Made by a program: the position numbers and the translations under genes. Shown one piece after another: positions 56,340-64,000 of a stretch of DNA of 64,000 nucleotides (the stretch's first letter is position 1; each line of letters starts with the position of its first letter). The notes below the pieces were generated by a model. That model searched no databases. It saw nothing but the letters and a program-made list of their open reading frames with translations, and was not told the DNA's origin. Source of the DNA: a bacterium (GTDB taxonomy: Bacteria > Patescibacteriota > Minisyncoccia > Phycocordibacterales > UBA918); assembly GCA_043719295.1 (NCBI GenBank), contig JAYSUD010000008.1:8216-72215 (forward strand), written 5' to 3'.

Positions 56340-57920
56340 CTACAACCCAAAGTTCTTCATTGAATACAAGTCATCGTCATCATCTTTTTTTGCTGGAGTT
56401 GGTTCTTTAGTTTCTGTGACAACAGCTTGTTGTATAGGTTCACTTTGCACAACTTCTTGCATAACGATTACGGGTTCAATTTTTTGTTCGAAGTTTGTAG
56501 CACGTGGTGTTAAGAAATCAGTGCCTTCAAAAGAAGGAGCTTCTGCTTTCGCTTCATTGTTCAATTTTTGCATATTTGCCTTTAGAGCATCTTGCATACC
56601 ATCTCCGTTTTGATCTGTCCCGTTTGAGCTTTGAGGTTGCATAACTGCATTTGAAACAACGGGATACGTTGTATACGAAGTACCGTACGCCTCTTCTTCA
56701 ACAACAGGACGTTCATAGGCTACATACCCACTTGGTGGTACTTTCATATCTTCTCGTTCTTGCATCTGTGCCTGTGTCTCACTTCCTTCTTGGTAACTGG
56801 TATGAACTTCATTTGTATCAAGTGCATGGCGTTGTGTACCATCTCTTGATGGTTCTTGTGTGGCGTTAGAAAGTCCTGCAAATTCTGCATTCTCTGCAAT
56901 CACATTCTCAAGCTCCTCCCTAACTGCTTGCTCTGCCTCAAGTGCGTCTTCAACCCGAATCTCATCTTCTACGCGCTCAGGCTGTGGTTCTACCAACTCA
57001 AGTACGGTAGCATCTGTAATCTTTTCAAGTTCTTGGATATGGGTAGTGCTACTTTCTTCTTCACCTCCCGCCATATGGAAATCAGTAATCTTTCCTTGCG
57101 ACTTCATAATTGCCAACAGTTTCTGAAGGTCTTCATCAGAGAAGTAATCAATAGTGAGCTTTCCCCCAAAGTCAGTTTTAAGAATTTGCACACGCGTGCC
57201 TAATGTATCGGTAAACTCTCGTTCAATCTCAATCAAGACTGCATCCGTGTTTGCCCAGTTCTTCTTTCGCACTTTGTCTGATGCAATTTTTCGAACAATG
57301 CGTTCAACTTCACGTACTGAAAGTTTTTTCAAAAGAATCTCACGGAAGATAACGTCCTGCTCTTCAGGTTTATCATTAAGCATCAACAGCGTCCGCGCGT
57401 GACCCTCGCTAATGTCAGCAGTTCGAAGCGATGAGAGCATATAGTCAGGCAATCCCAAAAGACGAATGGTATTTGAAACGTACTCACGACTTCGTCCTAC
57501 TTTTTTTGCAACAGCTGCATGCGGAAGATTAAACACGTCAGCTAACTGTCGAAACGCAAGAGCTCTGTCAACAGCGTTTAAGTCCTCTCGCTGTAAGTTT
57601 TCAATAATAGCAAGTTCAAGTTTTTCCTGCTCAGAGTTTTCACCCGTTCGGATAATAACAGGGACTTGCTCCATGCCTGCAAGGCGTGATGCACGTAACC
57701 GACGTTCACCAGCGATAAGTTCGTATTGTGTGAAAAAAGCACCGTCTTTGGTTTGTATTTCTTTTCGTGTAACGGTCAGAGGTTGCAGAATCCCGTACAT
57801 GCGGATAGACTCCGACAATTCTTTGAGTTTTGATTCATCAAATTCCCGCCGTGGTTGAAACGGATTGGGAACGATTTTTTCTACCTCCACCCAAAAAATT
57901 GAATCTCCTTGAAAAGCCAT
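56340..57920 (-). CDS. parB: ParB-like partition protein with a long low-complexity acidic C-terminal extension.
   Basis: ParB/Srx box GILQPLTVT...YELIAGERRLRASRLAG...VPVII, HTH region, then ~250 aa of E/Q/T-rich disordered sequence. Confidence 0.7.
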   Translation of the reverse strand: MAFQGDSIFWVEVEKIVPNPFQPRREFDESKLKELSESIRMYGILQPLTVTRKEIQTKDGAFFTQYELIAGERRLRASRLAGMEQVPVIIRTGENSEQEKLELAIIENLQREDLNAVDRALAFRQLADVFNLPHAAVAKKVGRSREYVSNTIRLLGLPDYMLSSLRTADISEGHARTLLMLNDKPEEQDVIFREILLKKLSVREVERIVRKIASDKVRKKNWANTDAVLIEIEREFTDTLGTRVQILKTDFGGKLTIDYFSDEDLQKLLAIMKSQGKITDFHMAGGEEESSTTHIQELEKITDATVLELVEPQPERVEDEIRVEDALEAEQAVREELENVIAENAEFAGLSNATQEPSRDGTQRHALDTNEVHTSYQEGSETQAQMQEREDMKVPPSGYVAYERPVVEEEAYGTSYTTYPVVSNAVMQPQSSNGTDQNGDGMQDALKANMQKLNNEAKAEAPSFEGTDFLTPRATNFEQKIEPVIVMQEVVQSEPIQQAVVTETKEPTPAKKDDDDDLYSMKNFGL

Positions 57921-58054
57921 AACAAAAACACATAACCACGAAAAAATGCCTCTCATTTCTTCGCTTTTCCTCCTAACTCCCCCATTCTACCACAGCAAAG
58001 TTTTTGAGTGGCTGTTTATAACTTTCAAAGAATCTGTTACACTTGCCCTTGCCT

Positions 58055-58136
58055 GCCTCGGTGGCGGAATTGGTATACGCGCACGACTCAAAATCGTGTG
58101 CCGCAAGGCTTGAGGGTTCGACCCCCTCCCGAGGCA
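58055..58136 (+). tRNA. tRNA-Leu (anticodon CAA), type II with a long variable arm; no CCA.
   Basis: gcctcggtggcggaattggtatacgcgcacgactcaaaatcgtgtgccgcaaggcttgagggttcgaccccctcccgaggca. Acceptor GCCTCGG/CCGAGGC, loop CUCAAAA. Confidence 0.75.
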
Positions 58137-58145
58137 CAATAAAAC

Positions 58146-58167
58146 AGCACCTTTTGGTGCTTTTTTA
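58146..58167 (+). terminator. Rho-independent terminator after tRNA-Leu.
   Basis: agcaccttttggtgcttttttat. Confidence 0.7.
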
Positions 58168-58317
58168 TGTGACGAGGAGAAAGCAAACTTCTTTGCTTTT
58201 GTGAGGGTGTCGAAAGACGGAACGATGCCGAAGGCAAGTGAGCCGGGGTCGCAGAAATTTCTGAAAGAAATTATCTGTGACCGCCCACCGAGGAACAAGT
58301 GACTGAATGTCACTTGT

Positions 58318-58413
58318 GGGAGGGGGTCGAAAAGGTTGCCTGATATTTTGTGACGTAAGGAAACAAAATATCGATAACCTGTACTGAACATGTAATGTTC
58401 GATTCCCCTCGAC
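58318..58413 (+). repeat. tRNA-Leu flanking modules: inverted copy of the tRNA T-loop/acceptor (58318-58331) followed by the TGTAA-hairpin module (58386-58413).
   Basis: gggagggggtcgaa = rc of ttcgaccccctccc. Then gaacatgtaatgttc-gattcc-cctcgac. Confidence 0.55.
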
Positions 58414-58500
58414 TTTCCCCAATTTTTCTATAAGCTACTGTACAGACCAGTCCTTTGTAAGCAGGAGCTGGTTTCCTCACAATTTAACCGAGCACTGGAG

Positions 58501-59256
58501 GTGCAAATGCCCATATTCCTTACTTCCAAAGACCTAGGTTGTGGTATCTGGCTCGCATTGGACATGGACAACTTCGAGGAAGCTCTCGACTTGACCGGTC
58601 AAACCGGCGAATATATTGATGGTGTCAAAGTTCATGGCATCGTTGAAGACGCTATGAAGGAAAAACTTGGCAAGCTCCGTAAAGTTGGTGCAAAAAAAAT
58701 TTGGCTCGACCGAAAGGTCGATGACACCCCAGGGACCGTCAAGATCGTTTCGAGGAACGCTCACGACTGTGGTGCCGACAGAATGACCGTCATGGCATCT
58801 GCTGGCATTGAGGCAATGATGACTGCCATCAATCATGGTCCTGCCGAAATTGTCGCCGTCACCGACCTCACTTCACTTTCAAAAGCCGAAATTGGAATGT
58901 CGCGTGGAATGCCGGCCGACGCCTCTGTGCTTCAAAAAGCACAATGGGCAAAGCTTGCTGGAGTTAAGCTTGTTGTCTGTTCAGTTGAGGAGGTGGCTGA
59001 ACTGGACAAACGCCGAGGATATTCCAGACTGGCAGATTGCCATCTGGAACTGAATGGAATGAAGTTTACAGTCCCAGGCAGCAGAACCATCACGGACATT
59101 CTGAAAGGACAAGTGCGGAGCAACACCGCAATGGCGACCCTTGCTGCCGGAGCCGATGAACTGGTGCTCGGGAGCGAAGTTTGGGAAGCCAGACAGCCCT
59201 TCGATGCACTTCAACAGGTCTATCATTCAATTCTAGAATACATGAACAAACAATAA
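58501..59256 (+). CDS. Orotidine 5'-phosphate decarboxylase-family (PyrF/KGPDC-like) protein, in a GC-rich island.
   Basis: IWLALDMDNFEEALDLTGQ...KIWLDRKVDDTPGTV resembles the OMPDC-family (ALD..., D-K-D-P-T) motifs. GC ~55% versus ~40% for the window. Confidence 0.45.
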   Translation: MQMPIFLTSKDLGCGIWLALDMDNFEEALDLTGQTGEYIDGVKVHGIVEDAMKEKLGKLRKVGAKKIWLDRKVDDTPGTVKIVSRNAHDCGADRMTVMASAGIEAMMTAINHGPAEIVAVTDLTSLSKAEIGMSRGMPADASVLQKAQWAKLAGVKLVVCSVEEVAELDKRRGYSRLADCHLELNGMKFTVPGSRTITDILKGQVRSNTAMATLAAGADELVLGSEVWEARQPFDALQQVYHSILEYMNKQ

Positions 59257-59487
59257 AACCCTCCGGCGAGATTCTGCATACATTCACGAAGCTGAATGTA
59301 TCCAAAATCTCGCCGGACACCTCAAACCGTCGGTTTTGGAAAGTATACACATCGTATATTTCCCCAAGCCGACGGTTTTTTCTTTTCTTGTATTTTTTAT
59401 ATTTTAGAGTAGTCTACAATTCATCACCAAACCGTCACACATGTGACTTTATCGGGAGGATTGTACCTTGAGAGCACTTACAGAAGT

Positions 59488-60160
59488 TATGGCTGAGGCT
59501 CATACCGTCGCTGAAGTTTTTACCGACAAACACTTTATCTACACGGGAGGAGATCACGGCGATGGATACGTGAACTACAGACCACTTGGGGCTGTGGGGT
59601 CTGAGTTCCTTCTTCGCGAGGTATGTGTGCATCTGGTCCGCAATATGCTCATTGGAGTTCCTGTTGAGAAATACAGAAACATTGTCATCATTGGCCCAGA
59701 AACGATGGGTGCAAAAATGGTAAAGCAAATCGGTTGCACCTTGGAAGATGAGCTTCCTTATATCATCCATACGAGGACTTTTGTCAAAGACCCCAACAAG
59801 GCAAAAAGCTTTTTGTGGAATGCTGATCCGGAAAAACTGCTCGATGAAGATTCTCTGGTTTTGTGGATTGACGATCTCCTGAACGGAGGGACGACGTTTG
59901 AAGCAACCGCACCGATGATTCACTACTACGATGCACAGGTGTACGGCATCGGGGTTATCGGCGACCGCAGTGGACTTACTCCAGAAAAGCTTAGCGTTCG
60001 CCGTATCACATCGCTTGAGCAGTTTAGCCTCAAGAGATACCCTGAGGCAGAGTGCCCTTCTTGCCGCGACCACATCCCAATTGTTGATAATCTTGGACAC
60101 GGTGCGAAGTTCAAGGCAACTCATCCAAGCTATCAAGGTGGATTCATTCCTGCCAGATAG
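59488..60160 (+). CDS. Type I phosphoribosyltransferase (orotate PRTase-like), in the GC-rich island.
   Basis: PRPP-binding motif LVLWIDDLLNGGTTF. Start may be TTG at 59468. Confidence 0.5.
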
Positions 60161-60239
60161 CATGCATGACCTTCAACGGGCGGACTATACACTCTCAGAT
60201 GAGAATACATTGTCAGCCCGTTGGAGAAATACGACGCCG

Positions 60240-60285
60240 TTACCCTTCATCGGATACGGCGTTTCTTTTTTTCTAAAATTCAACA
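60240..60285 (+). terminator. Rho-independent terminator closing the GC-rich island.
   Basis: acgacgccgttacccttcatcggatacggcgtttcttttttt. Confidence 0.6.
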
Positions 60286-60525
60286 ACGAGAATTTATAAT
60301 AACAATACCAGTAAGGAAATTAGATTCTTCACGTCATCACGAATAACATGTACATACGCACACAAAATTATTGGATGATGAAGACCTTTACCTCACGTAC
60401 GCCTTTTTGGCGACTGGTTTTGTTTCGGTATATCATCTAACTCCCCTTTTTTTGAAATAACACAACAGAACCAGTCTCTAAGACTGGTTCTGTTCTTTTT
60501 GGTTCTTTAAATAAGGAGGAAGCCT

Positions 60526-60828
60526 ATGTCCGAAATTTGTTTTGTTCCTGTAATTGGGTATGTTCCAAGTATGCATCCAAATCAACAACTTGGATATGAA
60601 ATCTGGGTAAGTAATCCACAACGTGCAGTACCGTACATCTTCAAAACAACACTGCAAGAATATAACAAACAACAAGGTGGTAATCTGTTTGGACAAGAGT
60701 GCATGATATATGGTTTATATCTTCATGTATCTCCCTTAGCTTTGTACGCAACAAAGGAACAGGCCTTGTTTGCACTCGGGGTTTTTATTCCTACAAAAAC
60801 AATGTACGATCTTGATGCCGCGCGTTAG
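60526..60828 (+). CDS. Hypothetical small protein.
   Basis: 100 aa, no motif. Preceded by a hairpin/T-run at 60465-60500. Confidence 0.35.
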   Translation: MSEICFVPVIGYVPSMHPNQQLGYEIWVSNPQRAVPYIFKTTLQEYNKQQGGNLFGQECMIYGLYLHVSPLALYATKEQALFALGVFIPTKTMYDLDAAR

Positions 60829-60870
60829 CGCGGCATTTCTTTTTCCTGTTTCTTTGCTACACTTCCCAAA

Positions 60871-61797
60871 ATGGAATCACACAAAAAACCTAAAGTTATC
60901 GTTATAGTCGGCCCAACCGCTTCCGGAAAAACGGCGCTTTCTTTAATGCTTGCAAAACAATTAAAGGGCGAAGTGATTAACGCTGATTCACGCCAAGTAT
61001 ACAAAAGACTTGATGTTGGTACCGAGAAAATTACGTATGAAGAAATGGAAGGAATCCCTCACCACTTGTTAAGTATCGTCGACATCAACACAGTCTACAC
61101 CGCCATGGATTTTAAAAAAGATGCAGAAACTGCAATTACAGAAATTACAGAACGTGGCAATATCCCCATTATTGCAGGGGGTACTTTTTTCTACATTGAT
61201 ACGTTGTTAGGAAAGATGGGTACTTCTCCTGTAGAACCAAATTGGGAACTTCGGGAAGAACTGGAAAAATATTCGACAGAAGAATTGTTCACGTTATTAC
61301 AGAAAAAAGATCCACGGCGTGGAGATACCATTGAAAAGGATAATAAACGACGTCTCATTCGTGCACTTGAAATTGTCGATAAGCTTCAAAGTGTCCCCGC
61401 ACAAAACCCAAATGCAGAATGCCCATACGATGTCCTTACAATCGGTATTTCTGTTGAAAAAGAAGTCCTCAAAGAACGTCTTCGCATACGTGCGCAAGAC
61501 GCACTCACAAGAGGACTCATTGAAGAAACACAATCGCTCCTAGCCTGTGGAGTTTCAAAGGAACGGCTTTTAGAAATCGGCCTGCAGTACAAAGTTGTCA
61601 TGGAATACATTGACGGGATAATCACCGATACAGAACTAATCCAAAAACTTGGAGAAAAGAACTGGCAGTACGCAAAGCGCCAACTGCTCTGGTTAAAACG
61701 AAATGAGGATATTGTCTGGTTTAAACGCGAAGACACAGATGCTCTATCTGGAGTTGTATCAGAATTTCTCAAAAACTATCCAAAATCAATTCGTTGA
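60871..61797 (+). CDS. miaA: tRNA dimethylallyltransferase.
   Basis: VIVIVGPTASGKTALS...DSRQVYK...GGTFFY: MiaA P-loop and conserved blocks. Confidence 0.9.
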   Translation: MESHKKPKVIVIVGPTASGKTALSLMLAKQLKGEVINADSRQVYKRLDVGTEKITYEEMEGIPHHLLSIVDINTVYTAMDFKKDAETAITEITERGNIPIIAGGTFFYIDTLLGKMGTSPVEPNWELREELEKYSTEELFTLLQKKDPRRGDTIEKDNKRRLIRALEIVDKLQSVPAQNPNAECPYDVLTIGISVEKEVLKERLRIRAQDALTRGLIEETQSLLACGVSKERLLEIGLQYKVVMEYIDGIITDTELIQKLGEKNWQYAKRQLLWLKRNEDIVWFKREDTDALSGVVSEFLKNYPKSIR

Positions 61798-61855
61798 TTT
61801 TTAACCTATTTTCACATACACTGTTGAACACCAAGAAATTGGTACAAAGAACTAC

Positions 61856-61987
61856 GGGCCTATAGTTCTATGGAAAGAAATCAAAGATTTCTTCCTTCCA
61901 GCACTCACTCGGAAATGTAAGCGAGCTTCCATTTCTCTCGTGTCGTTTGGAAGGAGAATTTCCGGTTTCCAAAACCGTAGATCGAGG
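61856..61987 (+). pseudogene. Partial tandem copy of tRNA-Trp (5' end through T-stem 5' strand) carrying an ~83-nt structured insertion in the D-loop; lacks T-loop and 3' acceptor.
   Basis: gggcctatagttctatgg + [aaagaaatcaaagatttcttcc...ggaagg] + agaatttccggtttccaaaaccgtagatcgagg. The intact gene follows 18 nt later. Confidence 0.6.
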
Positions 61988-62004
61988 ACTTGTAGAAAAT
62001 ATTG

Positions 62005-62075
62005 GGGCCTATAGTTCAATGGTAGAATTCCGGTTTCCAAAACCGTAGATCGAGGTTCGAATCCTCGTGGGCTCG
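62005..62075 (+). tRNA. tRNA-Trp (anticodon CCA); no CCA.
   Basis: gggcctatagttcaatggtagaattccggtttccaaaaccgtagatcgaggttcgaatcctcgtgggctcg. Acceptor with two G-U pairs, loop UUCCAAA. Confidence 0.7.
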
Positions 62076-62462
62076 CTCGAGTAAAGAAAAAACATAATGC
62101 TGAAGCATTATGTTTTTTCTTTAGAACCTGACCTGCGTCAGGTTCGTGCTCGAGCGAGAGACGGAGACATGTCGCCTGCGACAGTCGAGTCGGGGTCGAG
62201 AGTACTTATGATTTGAGGAGGTACGACGATAATCATTAGTAACTCGTGACCGCAGTGAGCCCACGAGGCATAGCTTTTTGAAAAAATGCGTAGTGCGATT
62301 CGAAGCCCGATTGAGATAATTTTGGAGCGAAGCGAACAAAATTATCCAATTGGGATACTGGTCGTGTAAGCAAAGCTTTCTTTCACTGCATTCCTATTAC
62401 AAATAAAAATGAACTTTTCTTTGAATACTCATTTGTGAAAGTAACGACCGAAATTCCTCGTT
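62076..62462 (+). repeat. Highly structured tRNA-Trp 3' flank: nested stems pairing with the tRNA 3' end, then the TGTAA-hairpin/GAAATTCC module.
   Basis: gctcgctcgag (62071-81) pairs ctcgagcgag (62151-60). gagcccacgagg (62257-68) is the exact complement of the tRNA 3' cctcgtgggctc. Module gtgaaagtaacgaccgaaattcctcg at 62436-62462. Confidence 0.55.
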
Positions 62463-62466
62463 GTCT

Positions 62467-62859
62467 CTAACACTCACCAATCTCATTCCACTGTCCAAAT
62501 CCAGATTCAGCACTCACCAGTCCTTTCATAACAGTATCAATAATCAACCAACCTGCAATAATGATTACAAACCCAATAATGATATTACTTACCATCCCTT
62601 TTGCTTTCTCCATTGCTCCACTATTGCCTTGAGAGATAACTAACTGAAATCCGGCATACATCACCATCATCACCGCTGCTAAAGTCAGAAGTACAAACAA
62701 AAAATCAAAAACACGATCAACCATCTGTACGAGAGTACAAAAATCACAATTAGGTTGACCTGCGTTGCCACAGGTAACCAGTCCGTCAGCGGCAAACGTA
62801 ACGTGAGCCAAAAGACTTGTGACAAAAAATATCAAGGAAAATAGCAATACAAACTTCAT
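62467..62859 (-). CDS. Small secreted/membrane protein resembling TrbC/VirB2-type (type IV secretion) pilins.
   Basis: Signal peptide, Cys-containing segment, then ...MMVMYAGFQLVISQGNSGAMEKAKGMVSNIIIGFVIIIAGWLIID...: hydrophobic helix - polar loop - hydrophobic helix layout typical of VirB2/TrbC/PrgF pilins. Confidence 0.35.
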   Translation of the reverse strand: MKFVLLFSLIFFVTSLLAHVTFAADGLVTCGNAGQPNCDFCTLVQMVDRVFDFLFVLLTLAAVMMVMYAGFQLVISQGNSGAMEKAKGMVSNIIIGFVIIIAGWLIIDTVMKGLVSAESGFGQWNEIGEC

Positions 62860-62981
62860 ACGTAATACAATAATACTAGCACAGCACTACTTCAAATTTG
62901 ACACCCCTTTCCTATCCCCTCCTAATATGATAGTTTATAAGCCTTGTGGTCTCACTAAAATTTGACTCAAGAGTTGCTAAA

Positions 62982-62996
62982 TACAACTATGCGTCG
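62982..62996 (+). repeat. 15-nt copy of the tRNA-Tyr 5' end, ~170 nt upstream of the intact gene.
   Basis: gcgtcggtggcagag is identical to the first 15 nt of the tRNA, followed by the hairpin gatgaaaagtgaatagtttcacttttcatc. Confidence 0.55.
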
Positions 62997-63165
62997 GTGG
63001 CAGAGCGGATGAAAAGTGAATAGTTTCACTTTTCATCTGGTCTACGAGCGAATGCGAGTAGATTGGTCGCTGTGAGTAATTGCGAAGCTTTTATGAACAG
63101 ACCAAAGGAGGAAGACGAGTCCAACGCTCAGAAACATAAAAACGTTCTTGAGCAAGCATAACATT

Positions 63166-63248
63166 GCGTCGGTGGCAGAGTGGTCAATTGCAAGAGACTG
63201 TAAATCTCTCGGCTTCGGCCTACGAAGGTTCAAATCCCTCCCGGCGCA
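63166..63248 (+). tRNA. tRNA-Tyr (anticodon GUA), type II with a long variable arm; no CCA.
   Basis: gcgtcggtggcagagtggtcaattgcaagagactgtaaatctctcggcttcggcctacgaaggttcaaatccctcccggcgca. Acceptor GCGTCGG/CCGGCGC, loop CUGUAAA, A73. Confidence 0.75.
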
Positions 63249-63260
63249 CAAAATACCAAA

Positions 63261-63285
63261 ACCCAAAGCGGATGCTTTGGGTTTT
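63261..63285 (+). terminator. Rho-independent terminator after tRNA-Tyr.
   Basis: acccaaagcggatgctttgggttttgtt. Confidence 0.7.
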
Positions 63286-63295
63286 GTTGTATTTT

Positions 63296-63456
63296 GGCGT
63301 CGGGAGGGATTTGCACCACAAGAGTATTTCCATTTTTATATTCCCTTCAGTCATTAAAAATTAAGTCAAGACCTTTTGAGATAGATTTGACTGAAAGGAA
63401 AATATACCCAAAAGGTGTACCGGTCATGTAATGACCAAAATTCCCTCCCGGCGCAC
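63296..63456 (+). repeat. tRNA-Tyr flanking modules: inverted 3'-end copy (63296-63313), a 27-nt block shared with 26546-26572, and the TGTAA-hairpin module ending in a direct copy of the tRNA 3' strand (63420-63456).
   Basis: ggcgtcgggagggatttg is close to rc of caaatccctcccggcgc. caccacaagagtatttccatttttata is repeated at 26546. ccggtcatgtaatgacc-aaaattcc-ctcccggcgcac. Confidence 0.6.
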
Positions 63457-63497
63457 TTTTTAAAAACGAGCGTCTACTTTTGTAGGTGCCGTTTTTA

Positions 63498-63878
63498 TTA
63501 GTGTTTAATTAATTCCCAAGTATTGTATAAAACTGGATATGATCCATCTATAAACCAAGCAAGCAAAACTATACTAACTAAAACTAGCGAAATGCCAAAT
63601 ACCATCTTATCTACTTCTCTAGGTGAATTTTTAAGAGATTTGAAACTTAAAATAAAAGCCAGAAGATAACTCGCGTGGATAATAAATATTCCAAAATTAA
63701 CAGATAACTGCATCCATGCTAAATGGGCAGTAGTTGGAACAGAAAAGAATGTCAGTATTTTTGAAAATACACCATTAAAAGTATCTATTGACGCCAATCC
63801 GGAAATTGTCACTATGATTCCAGCGAAAAACAAAACAAACGATAATTTATATTTTTTCATGCAATAAAATTTTAGCAC
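63498..63878 (-). CDS. Hypothetical membrane protein (4 TM).
   Basis: 126 aa, hydrophobic, no motif. Confidence 0.4.
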   Translation of the reverse strand: MLKFYCMKKYKLSFVLFFAGIIVTISGLASIDTFNGVFSKILTFFSVPTTAHLAWMQLSVNFGIFIIHASYLLAFILSFKSLKNSPREVDKMVFGISLVLVSIVLLAWFIDGSYPVLYNTWELIKH

Positions 63879-64000
63879 AAAGTTGTCTAATCAACTCCAG
63901 CTCGGCGCACAAGTCCCACCACTTGACCATCTCTCATTAAACGTTAAGCTTAGTTGGTTAACTGCACAGCTGTCACAAGGGAGGACCCCAGCATGCGTTT

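Noticed and set aside
1-64000. Looked for CRISPR arrays, rRNA genes, tmRNA, RNase P RNA, SRP RNA, integrases, transposases and reverse transcriptases.
   Set aside because: No regularly spaced short direct repeats. No rRNA, tmRNA or RNase P signature strings. No recombinase or transposase motifs. The repeats present are hairpin and mosaic types, not CRISPR.

Overview
The window is a low-GC (~40%), gene-dense bacterial chromosome segment with a streamlined housekeeping set. Cell envelope and replication: murA, priA-like, an FtsQ-like protein and a PBP5-type carboxypeptidase. Translation and RNA: def-fmt, hpf, serS, miaA and dus. DNA processing: dnaX, dprA-topA and parB. Stress and redox: a small rel/spoT-type protein and msrA. 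It also carries many membrane or secreted proteins of unknown function. Together with an H1-like histone protein and tRNA genes that encode no CCA, this looks most like a small-genome, possibly CPR/Patescibacteria-like lineage. That placement is inference only.

Non-standard content:
- A tRNA-Asn(GUU) gene is interrupted by a ~256-nt group I intron, with a free-standing HNH endonuclease gene directly downstream.
- Every tRNA locus (Asn, Gln, Leu, Trp, Tyr) is flanked by partial copies or complements of its own ends, plus a recurring downstream module ('hairpin with TGTAA loop' followed by GAAATTCC and a copy of the tRNA 3' strand).
- A GC-rich pyrF/pyrE-like island sits next to tRNA-Leu.
- A ~6.5-kb minus-strand operon encodes type IV pilin-like proteins and a 1310-aa surface protein built from a ~1.65-kb internal tandem duplication. 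It is followed by an extracytoplasmic thiol-disulfide module (TlpA/ResA-like, CcdA, a Met-rich thioredoxin) and then msrA.
- msrA is preceded by a tandem array of its own promoter plus first ~15 codons. The upstream decoy copy is terminated by its own hairpin and U-run.
- Intergenic regions are a mosaic of short structured repeat modules. One is a ~130-nt hairpin family whose loop is conserved while its stems covary. Another is a ~50-nt AGGUUG...CAACCU nested hairpin.
- Several GC-rich patches look foreign: 14.2-17.7 kb, 32.8-33.6 kb and 58.4-60.3 kb.

No rRNA gene or CRISPR array is present. No integrase was recognised.
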